Shown piece by piece: positions 11,870-25,224 of a stretch of 64,000 bases of DNA. The stretch covers positions 124,001 through 188,000 of the forward strand of contig CM114271.1 of assembly GCA_050084515.1 (NCBI GenBank), written 5' to 3'. Both the position numbers and the translations under genes were made by a program. The notes beneath the pieces were generated by a model. The model saw only the letters and a program-made list of their open reading frames with translations, did not search any database and was not told the origin of the DNA. This DNA comes from Blasia pusilla (taxonomy: Eukaryota). The number at the start of each line of letters is the position of its first letter. Position 1 is the stretch's first letter.

Positions 11870-14800
11870 TATGGATCCTGTACTAATTTATGGGTCTATT
11901 GCTGGCGAATTCAGCTCCATTACTGAAATGAATTGATGAAGTGGCTTGGTGTTAGAAGTTGGTCACTGGTTGTCGAAAACTCTCGACTAACGAAGAAACA
12001 GTCGTCTGCTCCTCGTCGGCTTCCTACTGACATTCAGTCCAATTTTTCTGACATTTTCTGACATTGGGAGAACATGTTTCTAAGTCAACGAATTCATGAG
12101 TCGCGGCCCGGTTATACATTGCCTCGCGTCAATTTTAATCAATGTCATCTATGACAAAGAAGCCCAAGAAGTCTTGTGCATGGATCTAAAGTTTACAGGC
12201 CTGGGAGCAACCACCGTCTTTCACAACTCAAGCTTACGCCGCGTACGATCTAGGCTTTTCACACATCAACGTGAGTCGTTTCCTTGGACTCGATCGGACT
12301 CATCAGTCGCATGAGTGATGTATCAGGCTCTGATGAGATATTTATTCATGGACAGGTTCTACGCCTAAAATATTGGATGACGTGTGGACAGGTCATGCGA
12401 GGATCCGAGAGTCAATTTTGGCCGATCGCACGTAGGCCACTATGCATAGCTCCACAGTTTATAAGCCCAGAGGCGAGCACTGCCTTTCACAACTCAAACC
12501 GATCCCTCGAGAACGACCTTGCTCTCTGGGAACCTCATTTCTTCGCTAGATAACGCAATCCTTGCGATCGACTTACATTCTTTCATCGATCTCCAGCGCT
12601 AGCAGTCCATCATGGCCATCTTACGAGTTCTCTGTGTGGCACTGCTACTCGCAGCATTGACCGAAGCTGCGAAGATTGAGACGTTCAATTCGGCCAGCTG
12701 TGATGGTAATCCTACCAACACCTTCTTCGTGGGAGGCAATACCTGTCAAATTTTCAATGACCAGGGCGCAGTTCGCATCACCGAAGTCAGCGGCGACACC
12801 CGAGTGTCCATCCATAACCAGCAGGATTGTGAGCAGTACAGTAGTGTGGCGCAAATCTATGGACCGGGCTGTGTTGTGCAAGGCAGAACCGCGCTGCGCG
12901 CCGTCTGGATACAGGGTTGATCCACGACTCCGTGAAAGTTACTCAAGGTGCGGCCTGCTCTAACTTGATTCGTATAATCTACTCCTAGTTTGATTTCACG
13001 GAGTCGAATGCATGTTCGCTAGATGGCCGCGAGTCCATTTTTAATATTCTTTGCAATACATGTATGATGCGCGTGCAGTTCTTTCTTCAGCTGTAACAGA
13101 GCTGTCAGGCTTGCCAGTGCGGCTGGTGTACCTGGTTATGGACCAGTGAAAACTATACACAGTTTTCTCATCTAGTCCCATGTCTTTGATTTTGGCTGGT
13201 CGCATCGGATTGTAGCTTAATGGCATAGTTGGTCTCACATGGACCGACCCCCCTGCTCTCTGCAATTTGTGTTGTTTGATCGTATGCGTTGTTGCCATTA
13301 ACTAACGTAGCGTAACGTTTTGTTCCGCTTCCTCAGTGCACGGCGTTGCGATGAAGCCAGCAAATAGAAGCGAGAAGGGGAAAAATGGCCGTTGCAAGGA
13401 CCGCTTATGGCCATTGCAAGGACTGCCACCTTATCAACGCTAGCCTTGTCGACATGGATAATAACTGGTTTGGTATATTCACATACCAGATTATATTATT
13501 CTGCTGGTCCAGCGTACTTATACATATGAATAAAATACTAGTCGAGTGCTCATATTGTGAGCTTGTTATGCAGCACTTATGAGGACGAGGACATGTTCAG
13601 ATGCTTGGAACCCAATAAGAAACAGGATCAAATTCTCTAAAATGTTGATACAAAATTTCGTTAGGAAATTGTTTCATTTGCCTGGGCAGGTAACCATTGT
13701 GTCATCGCACATCCGTCACTGAAAATCAAGGTTAGGTGGATTCTTGTCGAAACATTGATACACATCCACCAAATTCCTGTTTCACTAATTCCAAAAAGAG
13801 AATAGTTGTAATTTCTCTTAGGTCATCCTCGACTTCTTGTACCTTCCTGGAGGTGTGGTTCCATCTCTCAAGCCCATTCTGAAATGCACCGAGGACTCAG
13901 ATTGAAATACTAATTACTCCCACGAATGAAAGTCATATGAAAATGATAATGTCTCGATGCTCTTCTATGAGGGTGACAAAAAAAGTCTGGACATCCATCC
14001 CGATGTGCATATGGTGAAACTTGCATTCCTTGACAATCCTCCGTTCCCATCAGTTTTCGTTCTAAAAGGTGACCGCATAGTAACTATGGGCAATCCGTTG
14101 ATGCAAGAAATTATTAATAGCATGCATTGTGCGGTCTAGATCTTTAGTTAAGTACCCGTTAGCACGGATACCTTACTAGTGGGCATAAGTGGGAAACCAA
14201 TTCGTTTAAATCATAAAGTCTCTAATAACATACATACACCCATGATTGCGCCCAGAAATAGTCGAAAATCTCGGCAGTCTTGCTAATACCACAAGTTGAA
14301 AGAAGTCAATCACGGGTCTATTCAAGTACATCGCGCTCTTAATTTGAGTATCAGGCAGGCAGACAAGCTTCAGTATCAATGTCGAGCACAAACTTTTGGA
14401 GCAATGTATAGATGAGTTCATCTCATGTGCAGCTATAGATGCATGGAACTGCAGATGTTATCAGCTTACATCACGACGCAGCCACTGCCTGGGACTCAGT
14501 TGTAGCCGCGACACTTCGTGTGGCCATAGTCACTTTGAATCAATGGAGGACCGAAAAATCAATAGATCCGAAAGCCTATATGCAAAGAGGATTCTATACG
14601 TCTGTTCTAGAGCCACTAAAAGATGCGTTACAAGTGTTCCGATCGAGCACCTTATAGATACCCCGCTCAAAGCCAATTCGGAATAAGTTTCAGTTCGATC
14701 GTGATTTGCAGGAGAAGTACAAATCTGGAGAGCCTCTGGAGTACCCGCTTACTCCCACCAACACCAGGTTATCCCGCTACAATGGACATGAAATGTTCTT

Positions 14801-15612
14801 GCACCTATCTCGTAAGACACCCGTCTTTCCTTCAAACGAATTGGCAGACAGCTGAGAAATTGGAAGCCAGGAGGAGAAGAAGCATGCCGTCGAACAAGAA
14901 CTCATTGATGAGGGCATGACGATGAGGTTTGGGTGGGGAGGAAACAAAATCATAACCGGAGCTTGCCGGAGAAGGGGGTTGTTCTGGAGGTGGATTGAAG
15001 GATGCCCAAAGACTGAAAACCCGACTAAATTAACCGCACGAAAATCGTGCCCAATCCCTATAATCCTGTGGGACATACTCTCGTTGCGACAGATGATCTT
15101 CAGCCGAATTTTGAAGCCGACGTTCGGCTGTGAGCGGTGTGCGATTCGACGTGATTTCGTTGCATTTGAAAACGGAGTTTTCGAGCCGTGCGGTGAACTC
15201 ACAGTACGGCTCGAGTGTCGAGAACGACGTAGAAGAAACTCAAGCGAATCGCTTCCAATCCAGTTTCTGTGGATTACTTCGGATTGTGAATCGTGGAAAA
15301 GGGTTTTAGACACTTTGTTCATTTATCATTCGGCTGGTGTGGATAAATTCACTTGAAACGTGTGCCCACCAAAAGCCAACGTACTAACTATCACTTGCGT
15401 GACCCAACTGTCACCTGCCCCACCAAATGAGACAATTTTCAAACGAGACCGTGTGTCAACTTTCAGGAGGCCGTTATAGGCGTCTGCACACGTGGCCATG
15501 GTTGCTAAGAACAAAGTAATGGCCTGAGCGCGCGCCGCGCGTGGTGATACATTGCTGACTTACAGTAGACTACCCAGTGTCCAAACCTACATGACGAACG
15601 AGGCTCCGACAG
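11870..15612 (+). repeat. ~3.7 kb segmental duplication unit A carrying gene copy 2
   Basis: Colinear similarity to 26070-29755, from ggat..tgtactaattt/agctccattact through caaacctacatgacgaacgag. Confidence 0.85.
12612..12920 (+). CDS. Secreted 4-Cys small protein, MiAMP1-like (copy 2)
   Basis: Intact 102-aa ORF with 3 nt differences from copy 1 and TATAA at 12460. Confidence 0.9.
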   Translation: MAILRVLCVALLLAALTEAAKIETFNSASCDGNPTNTFFVGGNTCQIFNDQGAVRITEVSGDTRVSIHNQQDCEQYSSVAQIYGPGCVVQGRTALRAVWIQG

Positions 15613-15715
15613 GTTTTTGTAGTACCCCAGTTTTTTACCGGGTATTGTTGTAGTCCATTGTAAGTCAGCAATGTAGAATTCATTCACAAATGATCCGGTG
15701 TCGGAGGGCTCTATT

Positions 15716-18032
15716 TGTTGGAATGTGTAAACGGCAACAAGGCGCGCAGCTTTTACGGTGCACAGGCGAGTTAGGTAGCGGAAACTACATGGTATCATAG
15801 CAGGTTTCATGTGAGATTTCTAACCATTTCTTTCTTGAGCGTGAGATCTCTAGCAATTTCTCACAACCTGAAACTGGACCTTATTAAACTGGACCTTATT
15901 ACGAGTACTCACATAGTTATAGAACTGTACCCTTTCGACAGAAAAAATAGGGAACTCTAGAACTTTATACCCTTCCACAGGGCTAGGGACAAATTTAGAG
16001 AAGTGCGTACCTTTTTGGAGACTAGGAATCAGAAGTCAGTAGGACCAGCAAGATCACTGATATGTTGTCGAGCTTACTGACAACATATTGAGCGATAGCC
16101 ACAAGCTCGATGCGAGCAATTACTGCACTTGGCAGGATGAAGGCCAAGTGCCGTAATTCAGCTGGCATATGATCTTTACCATATAGTTGATGGTAGCAAA
16201 GAGAAGACTTCCAATATGGATGCTCCCGCCACGAAAGACTTCGATATTCGATATTCGACTCTCGGAATTCTGATGATGCGAAGGAGAGACTCTCAAATCA
16301 TTTGAAACATGGAGGGACCTCCAAGGAAACTTGGAATGTACTTGAAGTGGTTCATGCTAGTACAAGCATGACCAGAAAACTGGTATTGCAAAGGCCAATT
16401 TACTCAATGAAGATGAGCTCGACCTCGACTATGCATTCTCACCTCAACTGTATGGTAAAGATCATATGCCAGCTGAAAATTTGGCAGAAGTCAAGGTCTT
16501 AATTGATGATGAAAACATGGCGGCCACTATGATGAAGAGTGTGACCCAAGACTCCTACGGGGACTTCATAAACTCTCTAGCCGTGAGAGAGAAGACGCCT
16601 ACTTTTCCTGAATTATGCACACTCCTACTTGACAAAGAGAGGAGACGCAACGACCTTGCTACCCAAGAAGGACAAGAGTCGGGACCTCGCGCTCTATTCA
16701 TCCAGAAGAAGGGAATATTCCCACATCAATATCAAGAAAAGCGATCACAAGAGCGCAACACATCCGGACCAAAGGCTCAAACCACCGAAAAGAAGTTCAA
16801 TGGTAAGACCTATAGCACTACCAACAAGAAGGAGTGCACAATATGTGGTAAGATTGACCATGACTCCAATCAATGTTGGTACAGGAATGATTGCCACAAT
16901 CGATCAATGAGACCACAAGAAAAGCAACGAAGCTTCCTCGCCGAGAATGGGAGAACTAGTCGAGCAGTCACACCAAAAAGTGGAGATGATGCACGTGGAC
17001 TTATCTCAGCATTGGTTACCACAAACCAAGTGGACAAGTGGTTCATTGATAGCGGCGCCAGCAACCATATTCACATCTTATAAACCTTTGATGAATGGAC
17101 CTGAAGTATCAATGGGAGACGGCTCCATTCACTCTGCGATTAGGGAAGGAGATGTGCAAGTGACATTGCCCTCGGGTGAAGATTATACAATCAAGGATGT
17201 GTGGCATATTCCAGCTTTAACACACAACCTTATCTCCATCGGCTAGATCACCGAAAGAGAGAAAATGAAGGTTGTTTTTGATTCCAAGGGATGCGATTTC
17301 TTAGGAGAGGCCAACAATTCTACCGCTGCCCAAGGAGTAAGGTATGGACGACTATATCAACTTCTTAGCAAGCCGAGCCTCAACTATTTGCAAGATCTTC
17401 AAACCAACTACAAGTTTGGCATGAAAGACTTGGGCACTTTAACACGAAGGGCCTCAAGTTGTTAAGCAAAGACATTATGGTTGGAGGGTCACCTAAATTA
17501 ACAAGTGGAGAAATATCCACTTGTGACACTTGCTTACGAGGCAAGCGATCAAGGTAAAAGTTTGACAAACATATCCTCTCAAGGGCTCCAACTCCCCTCC
17601 AACTAGTCCACATCGACCTTGGAGGACCAATTCAAAGGGCTTCACTATGAGGGGCAAGGTACTACAAGCTATTAGTTGATGACCATTCAAGATTTATGTG
17701 GGTTTATTTCCTACAACACAAATCCGATGCATTGGGTATACTCAAAAAATTTCTTACATTGATGAGAACTCAATCTACTACAGTAGTGGGATCCTTGCAT
17801 CTATGCCTTGGCGAGCCGCCCTCAAAGGTGAAGATGATACGAACGGATAGGGGAGGTGAATTCATGGGGAAAGCATTTGAGACCTTTTGTTGCAATCATG
17901 GTATCCGTCATCAACTTACTAAGGCCTACACCCCAAAACAAAATAGTATTGTTGAGAGGAGGAATCGAACTGTAGTTGAGATGACAAGGTGCATGTTGAA
18001 GGGGCAAAATCTCCCCAACTATCTCTGGGCAT
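15716..18032 (+). mobile_element. 3'-truncated Ty1/Copia LTR retrotransposon (short 5' LTR, gag, protease, part of integrase)
   Basis: Starts TGTTGGAATGTGTAAACGGCAACAAG like the LTRs at 40487 and 45248. PBS-like TGGTATCATAGC at 15790. Motifs CTICGKIDHDSNQC, WFIDSGASNH, IRTDRGGEF and VERRNRT are present. Homology stops at ~18032. Confidence 0.9.
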
Positions 18033-18965
18033 AGCGATACATGATTTTCCAACAACCAACAACTAAGACCTTTTGGTGACATTGCACACCTCTTGTATCT
18101 CTATCACTTCAAAAAATCACCAGAAGCTATGGAAGAAGATACACCTAAAATCCATTTGCTTCTAGTCAGAACTACAAGATGTCGTGTGTGGGAAGATCGG
18201 ATGTGCATAGAAACGAGGAAAATGTTGAGAGGGATCGACAAGCATTTGTTATTTGGTAGTGAAAGACTCGTTCTACATTTGCGATTCTACTGTCCAAGGA
18301 CACAAGGAACCAACTGATCAAGAAAGACACAAAGAACTAACTCGTGGTGGATGTATGGGATACAATTTGAATGAATTGATAAGCTAGCCGCTTATTCATC
18401 GTCCAATGCTCATTTGGTATCTTCTTGGGAAAGGTAAGTGGGTACTTGCTTAAAGCACCCAAGGCCACTTGACTAGTTTCTAATTAGACACCTATATCTT
18501 ACATATGTCTTTTGAAAGTTTTTCATATGTCTTTTGAAAGTTTTTTCACCGTCAGCCATCAGAGGTGCGGTAAGAGGAGAGGAAGAGAGGAAGAGAGGAG
18601 AGAGGAGAGAGGAAACTACCTTCAACCGAAATAGAGATCTTTTTTTTTAAGAGAGTTTCCGTTGGGTTGAAGGGAGGAAACTTTTAGTGTGAATTTTTTT
18701 GCACTTTTTTGTTCAGTTATTAAGCAGTCCCACAGTTTTTTTTTCCTCTTCCATATTTTGGCAACCCCTCTGAGTCCGACGAGTTGCAAATTGCACAAAA
18801 TTTAGAAAACTGAAAAATCAGTGGAATCATAAGTGTGGAACCAATCACTTTTTCCATCCAAGGTCTGGAAAAAATCTATCATTTGCCCCGGGCTGAATAG
18901 AGTTCAAGCTCAAAGTGAAGGTTCAGGAAAAATAAAAGTACAATCTAAAACCTCATTTTGCATCC

Positions 18966-21900
18966 TCAAAGTGGTTTGTTTAAAATGCTTCGCACTTCTT
19001 TGAGGGACAGAATTGGTTGGTGGATTCCTACTCCTACCTTCGACTCTCTTAAAACTGCCAGCAACACATAATACATGTGCTTACAAGGGAAATACCTTTT
19101 TCCACTTGTCTCTCTTTGGACAAAGTCATCACATGAACATGTGGGAAAGCAACAGATGTGCACCACATACACCCCTGTGACACTTGAATTTACAGTGTTG
19201 TTCCTGACCCAATACATCCTTCCTATTCCATTGCCACTCAAGATATCTTTCGTGGCGATGATCTCCATTTTTGCCTCCCGAGCTGATGCAATTCGCTTTG
19301 CTCTCTCCACCGTTGGCCTACACATTCTGTTTCTCTTCACCCCATTTCTAGACTCAAACAGAAATAGTTGATTGAGATCATCCACCTTCTCCGGGTACAT
19401 GTTGACATCAATCTTGGGTTGAATACGAAATGCGAAGGTCTCTGTAATGCGAACATGCTCTGAACTTCCACCGTCTACGAGTCTGAAACCGGCACTGGTA
19501 AGATTGTCCACTTCGTCTTGAGTGCAATTCGTACATGCGGCGATGGGCCAAATCATGGGGGTATTCCCTGGAGCTCCAATGGCAGCTGGATAAGACTTCC
19601 GGAAAGCGCAAGATTCATTTGGGCAGAAGAAGTAATTCAATTGATCCCCGGTCTTCGTGAAACGATCAAAGGTTTTGAGTCCCCAAAACACCAGGCAGTG
19701 GTCGTCCAGTCCTTGTACAGTTCTTATTTAGGAAAGTGCCGAATGCTCTCCTAATGCCATCAGATCCTACCCTGCAGGTGGGTCCACGTCCCGGGTTGCT
19801 CCGAGATATATGCCACCGTTTTAGGTTGCAATCCACCTCCATTACCGGAATCCCATATTGTTGAACCACCCAGTGACAGGATGTTGCGAACTTCCAACAA
19901 CGGAGGGCTTTTGAAATAAAATATTCACTGATTTTGGAGAAGTAACTCCATCATGAATTTGGTACGGGTCCGGGGTCCCCGAATACCTGGGCGGCGTAAT
20001 TTCCTCATCCAAATCAATCACCGGACTCGTTCCTCGATGCTGCCTCTTCACGCTGAAGTCAAGATACTTATCTGGTCTCCACGAGTCTCGCTCGGACGCT
20101 CTACCACCATCTCAGATGGGGACGTCTTGAAACCCGCCCTTACGAATATCCCCACCAATGTGTACGTCTTGCTCGAGGGGAGTTCCAGCTACGACCGGTT
20201 GAAGGCTTCCACATACATTTTTCATCACCAGATCTCGGCCCACCGACATAGAGCTCGTAGATCGACGACCCCCTTCCTTTTGTTATGCCTTTTGTGAGGA
20301 AGATATGGGATGCTGCAAACTGTAGCATTGCTCTTGCCTGGTCTTGTTGGCATGCCTCCACAAGTGAAATTCGTTGGCATGCTTGTGACGACCTCCAGGA
20401 GGAATGAACACTTTCTGCTCCACTTGTGTTGGGGGAGAGGGCATTTTCATGAATGTTCAATCCCTACAACGACGGCAATGTAAGGGAACGAAAATAACTT
20501 AGGAGTCAAAGAAATAAGCTACCTGTCGGAACTAGACGGGTTGCAAGGCCGAGGCATCCCATGAACGACTCTGCAAACCGTCGGGTCCCGACGTGTTGCA
20601 ACCTTAAACCCACCTACTACAACCCGTCGGAACCAGACGGGTTGCGAGGCCGAGGCATCCCATGAACGACTCTGCGACCCGTCGGGTCCCGACGTGTTGC
20701 AACCCTAAACCCACTTACTACAACCCGTCGGATTCAGACGGGTTGCAAGAACCTGTGGCCACTCTGGAAGATCCAAGTGCAAGTCATCCAAAACCCATCC
20801 GGGTCGAACTATTTGCAGGCCTTGTATACATGCGACTTGCATACTTGTCTACGGGTTGCACCAAAATTCTGGATGCAACGTGTCGGTTTCCGTCGGGTTG
20901 CACACTCGGGCAACCCGTCCCATCCGACAGCTTGCTTGGTTTCTTCAGTTTGAAATCCCTATATTTCCCAGGCTTCTCAACTTGAGCTGCAACTTTACAA
21001 ACAATTCTCAGCGTGAGCTTGACAAGACAAAATAGCGAACTCACCTGCCGCATGAAGTTTCCCCATTGTCTCATACGTACAGTCCACCAACTCAACCAAG
21101 AGCACAACTCTTTGTACTTCCCCTCAATCGCATGCTTCCTCTACCACCCATGAAGTTCTTCATGGCATTCCATGGCCTGCTTCAAGGTTTTGCTGTCCTT
21201 GCAGCGTTGGAGTAGAGTGACATGCTCTGTCCTCTTATTCTCCTTGATGCAAGATTTGGTGTACCGGGTCACAGACTGTTGCCAATGGAAAGCATCCGAC
21301 CTTTCCCTCTCCGGTTGAACCTCTCCACCCAGAACACTTCCCGGATAGCAATCCACCCAGGTTGTGCATTGTCCGCCATGAACCCATAAATTTCCGGAGG
21401 TGGCCTTTTGTTTTCCTTCACCACCTCCAATAAGAGTAACCAGCACATCTTCAAACAGCCAACGTCTTCTGCCTTTACTTCACACACAAATATAGTTTTG
21501 AGTCCCTTCTCCACATGGTCATAAACGTGAGCACCCATCGTCAACCATCCGTTCAAAGACTCAGAGCAAATATCAAAGCTGACCCAGCTCCCGTAAAGAT
21601 CTTCCCCTTCCCTCATTCGATCTATACGATCGAGGCCACTCGAGGGACCTGTGGTTGACATTTTGAAGACATAAGCACTAGAACCCTCGCCTCCTTGGCC
21701 CATGAACTGCCATCTCTGAATGAATGGAAATCTGGAGTTGGCCTTGATTCTGGCGATGGCATCCATTTTGGCCGTCTTTCCATCCAGAACTCGTATTTGA
21801 CGCAGCAAATTCCGGAAGCATTCCGGATCAGCGAGAAATGCGAGATTTTCCCAGAGTTGTTTCTCCTCACCCGCCGTGATCTCGCCCTGTCCAGGGATTC

Positions 21901-21990
21901 CAAGCAATTGTTCACAAATTTGTGATGCCGTTGTGAGCTTGATCACCCCAGGCTTTGAACCCGGAGAGTTTCTGAAGACCTCGGCTACTT
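18966..21990 (-). mobile_element. Mutator-like (MULE) DDE transposase pseudogene with C-terminal SWIM zinc finger; predicted intron 20464-21044
   Basis: Motifs WVSFD, FMADNAQ, DAFHWQQS (C/DxxH), NTSGAESVHSSW and SWIM CSC..PCKH. A GT/AG junction joins FMRQ|GLNIHE in phase 0. There is a frameshift at ~21330 and a stop at ~21141. No TIRs were identified. Confidence 0.72.
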
Positions 21991-21994
21991 CAGA

Positions 21995-23306
21995 CTCGCT
22001 CGGACTGCTCTACCACCATCTGTATGGGACGTCTTGAAACCCGCCCATGAATATCCCCACCAATGTGTACGTCTTGCTCGAGTGGAGTTCTAGCTATGCA
22101 CCGGTTGAAGGCTTCGACATACAATTTTTAATCAACCGGTGATGAAAAATTGTATGTCGAAGCCTTCAACCGGTGCATCTCACAGCCGCCCTGACATAGA
22201 GCTCGTAGATCGACGGCCCTTTTCCTTTTGTTATGCCTTTTGTGAGGAAGATATGGGATGCTACAGACTGTAGCATTGCTCTTGCCTGGTCTTGTTGGCA
22301 TGCCTCCACAAGTGAAATTCGTTGGCATGCTTGTGACGACCTCCAAGAGGAATGAACACTTTCTGCTCCACTTGTGTTGGGGCAGAGGGCATTTTCATGA
22401 ACGTTCAATCCCTGCAACGATGGCAATGTTAGAAGGGAACAAAAATAACCCAGGAGTCAAAGAAATAAGCGACCTTTCGGAACCAGGCGGGTTGCAGGCC
22501 GAGGCATCCCATGAAGCGACTCGCAACCCGCCGGGTCCCGGCGTGTTGCAACCTTAAACCCACCTCTCGCAACCCGCCGGAACCTGGCGGGTTGCAAGGC
22601 CGAGGCATCCCATGAACGACTCGTGACCCGCCGGGTCCCGAATGGTTGCACACTCGGGGCGACACCAAACATCAGGATGCAACCCGTCGGTTTCCGCGGG
22701 TTGCTTTGGGCAACCCGTCGGTTTCCGTCGGGTTGCACACTCGGCAACCGTCGGTTTCCGTCGAGTTGCACACTCGGCAACCCGTCGGTTTCCGCGGGTT
22801 GCACACTCGGCAACCCGTCGATCCGCTGACTTGCTTGGTTTCTTGGGTTTGAAATCCATATAATTCCCACGCTTCTCACCCTGAGCTACAACTTTACAAA
22901 CAATTCTCAGCGTGAGCTTGACAAGACAAAATAGTGAACTCACCTGCCGCATGAAGTTTCCCCATTGTCTCATACGTACAGTCCACCAGCTCAACCAAGA
23001 GCACAACTCTTTGTACTTCCCCTCAATCGCATGCTTCCTCCACCACCCATGAAGTTCTTCCTGGCAGTCCATGGCCTGCTTCAAGGTTTTGTTGTCCTTG
23101 CAGCGTTGGAGTAGAGTGACATGCTCTGTCCTCTTATTCTCCTTGATGCAAGATTTGGTGTACCGGGTCACAGACTGTTGCCAATGGAAAGCATCCGACC
23201 TTTCCCTCTCCGGTTGAACCTCTCCACCCCAGAACACTTCCCGGATAGCAATCCACCCAGGTTGTGCATTGTCCGCCATGAACCCATAAATTTCCGGAGG
23301 TGGCCT
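21995..23306 (-). repeat. Second copy of the MULE transposase mid-section (duplicate of ~20086-21406)
   Basis: Near-identical exon sequence and the same intron position (22412-22943). Confidence 0.9.
22470..22822. repeat. Array of short palindromic GCAACCCG..CGGGTTGC units within the MULE intron (also ~20520-20920)
   Basis: Repeated gcaacccgtcggtttccgtcgggttgc-type units, each self-complementary. Confidence 0.85.
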
Positions 23307-24712
23307 TCTTAGGGTTGCATGTCATGGTCAAAAAGTAATCAGGTTTTTCCAAGTGTCTCACAATGGCCATTGCGTCTTGATATAGTTGATGCATGTGACG
23401 TGGACCTCCACTAAAGGAAGAGGGTAATACAATGGGCCTCCCAAATCTTGTGCTATCACCATCATGTGGATGTATGGAATCCTTTACACCTTGATATAAT
23501 TCAGCCCTTAACTCCTTTTGATTGAGGCGAATCCAACATAAACATTGCATCTCGACAGTGGCATAAACGTCAACCATATATTCTTGAGTAAGTCAACCAA
23601 ATTCAAGTACTCGGTTATCATTTTCAGCTCCAATCCGTGTTTGAAGTCAAAAACATGCGAACTGTAAGGCAGTAACACATTTTGTTCTTGTTTCCTCAAG
23701 AATCTCACAATGAGCACCATCCTCATACGTAGACTCATTCAAGAGTTCCATATTCCCATCAACTTGGAAGTTGCTAGTGGGTATTCCAAGATGCCAACCT
23801 GCTTCACCGTACATAAATATCAAAATGAAATGCAATGGAATATACGCCTCATTTAGGTCTGATATATGATGTACACCTCCTCCATGTAGTCGTACAACAA
23901 TATCACGACGATCAATGACTTTAGTCCCATCACCTGGAAAAATAGTTACAATCTCAAAAGTACTTGGTAAGTTATAACGTTTGCATCGAGACCCTTCTTA
24001 CTTTCCTTCAAGATGATCCAAATATTAAGACCGTTTGCTTGAACTGAAGCACGACGAAACATCTTGACATAGGGATTGCATGAATTTAACATCTCTTGTA
24101 GCCCTCTCAAGATCTCAGGTTGAAGATCATGAGACATAACCCTTTCTCGGTTCTCCAATTCATTTTCAGTATCATGAATGTATATTTGAGAAAATTGGGG
24201 ATGATTTCTTGAATCTGGATGTAGTGATCCAATGGAATGATAGATCCCACCTTGAATCCTAAAGTGGCCAATACCACCAACTTGCTCATTCACCTGCGCT
24301 CTAGTAGATGCTAGTTGGAATGCACAATTATAAGCTCGAGCATGAGTAAGAAAGTGAACACTTTGAGGGCCAACACCTGCCATCAGACGGTTTATGGAGG
24401 AGACTTCTTCAAGAGGGGAAAATGGACTGTCCCATGCTCACAAGACATCCCAAAAGGTGAGTTGGGAAACCTTCTACTTTTCATATTTTCACAAATCCAC
24501 TGCAGAGCATGACATGAAGGACATACTTCCGTCATATAGCCAAGAGTATGACAACCACTGATACAATTCAAACTCCTTTGTGGTCGTAGCTTTCTTACAT
24601 CACTTTCTTGGAAGTTGGGCATGCGAGCAAGATTTAGCGACTTGTTGAATTTAGCACCTCTATGAACATTAGAGGCATGAATGATTATAGGTACATTTGG
24701 CATAATATCCAT
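23307..24712 (-). mobile_element. Helitron RepHel N-terminal fragment (pseudogene), truncated just after Rep motif 1
   Basis: Motifs CPSCHAL.W..E, RAYNCAFQLAS, FRIQGGIYHSIGSL, PQFSQIYIHD, NPYVKMF, NQKELRAELYQG and LPSSFSGGPRHMHQLYQDAMAIVRHLEKPDYFLTMTCNP. Confidence 0.92.
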
Positions 24713-25224
24713 GTATGGCTATTATTTATGGTTGTGGCACCAGTCGGGAATTTAGAATACTTTTTGGGACGATATTCCGGTTTCTTTTTTCGAGTACTCA
24801 TCTAATTGAGGATATGTATAAATTGGAGGATGCAGTTTTTTATTTCTCCCAAGGTCACGCTATCATATTAAGTAGTTGCATGCTACCGGGTGAAGCCTCG
24901 AGGCATTCCCCTAGACTGATGACTGCTGATATTGGTGTTTGAAATTCTTGTCCAGCCTCTAGCTTAAGACCCTAACTTGAGAAACCTCAGAGAATTGACC
25001 AGATGAAATTGGCTTCTTCATCGAGCTTGGGAGAAGCCAAAGCGAAAGGAAATAACTTTTGACGGTTTGAGACGGAGAAGAGGGAGAAGGAATTGAAGGT
25101 GCAAAATGGACACACAAAAATGCACAATACGGTGAAGACCCATCAGGCGAACACTCTAGAGCTGGTGAAATCCAGTGTGATCCTGTCCCTAACGACCTAA
25201 ACAACACAACAGAGGCAATATAAG

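Noticed and set aside
18440-18478. Possible Helitron 3' end (weak hairpin plus CTAG/T)
   Set aside because: The hairpin is imperfect and lies on the opposite strand from the Rep fragment.
22457-22879. Repetitive ORFs (VAECATRR, LPSVQPDGN)
   Set aside because: They are translations of the palindromic intron repeats.
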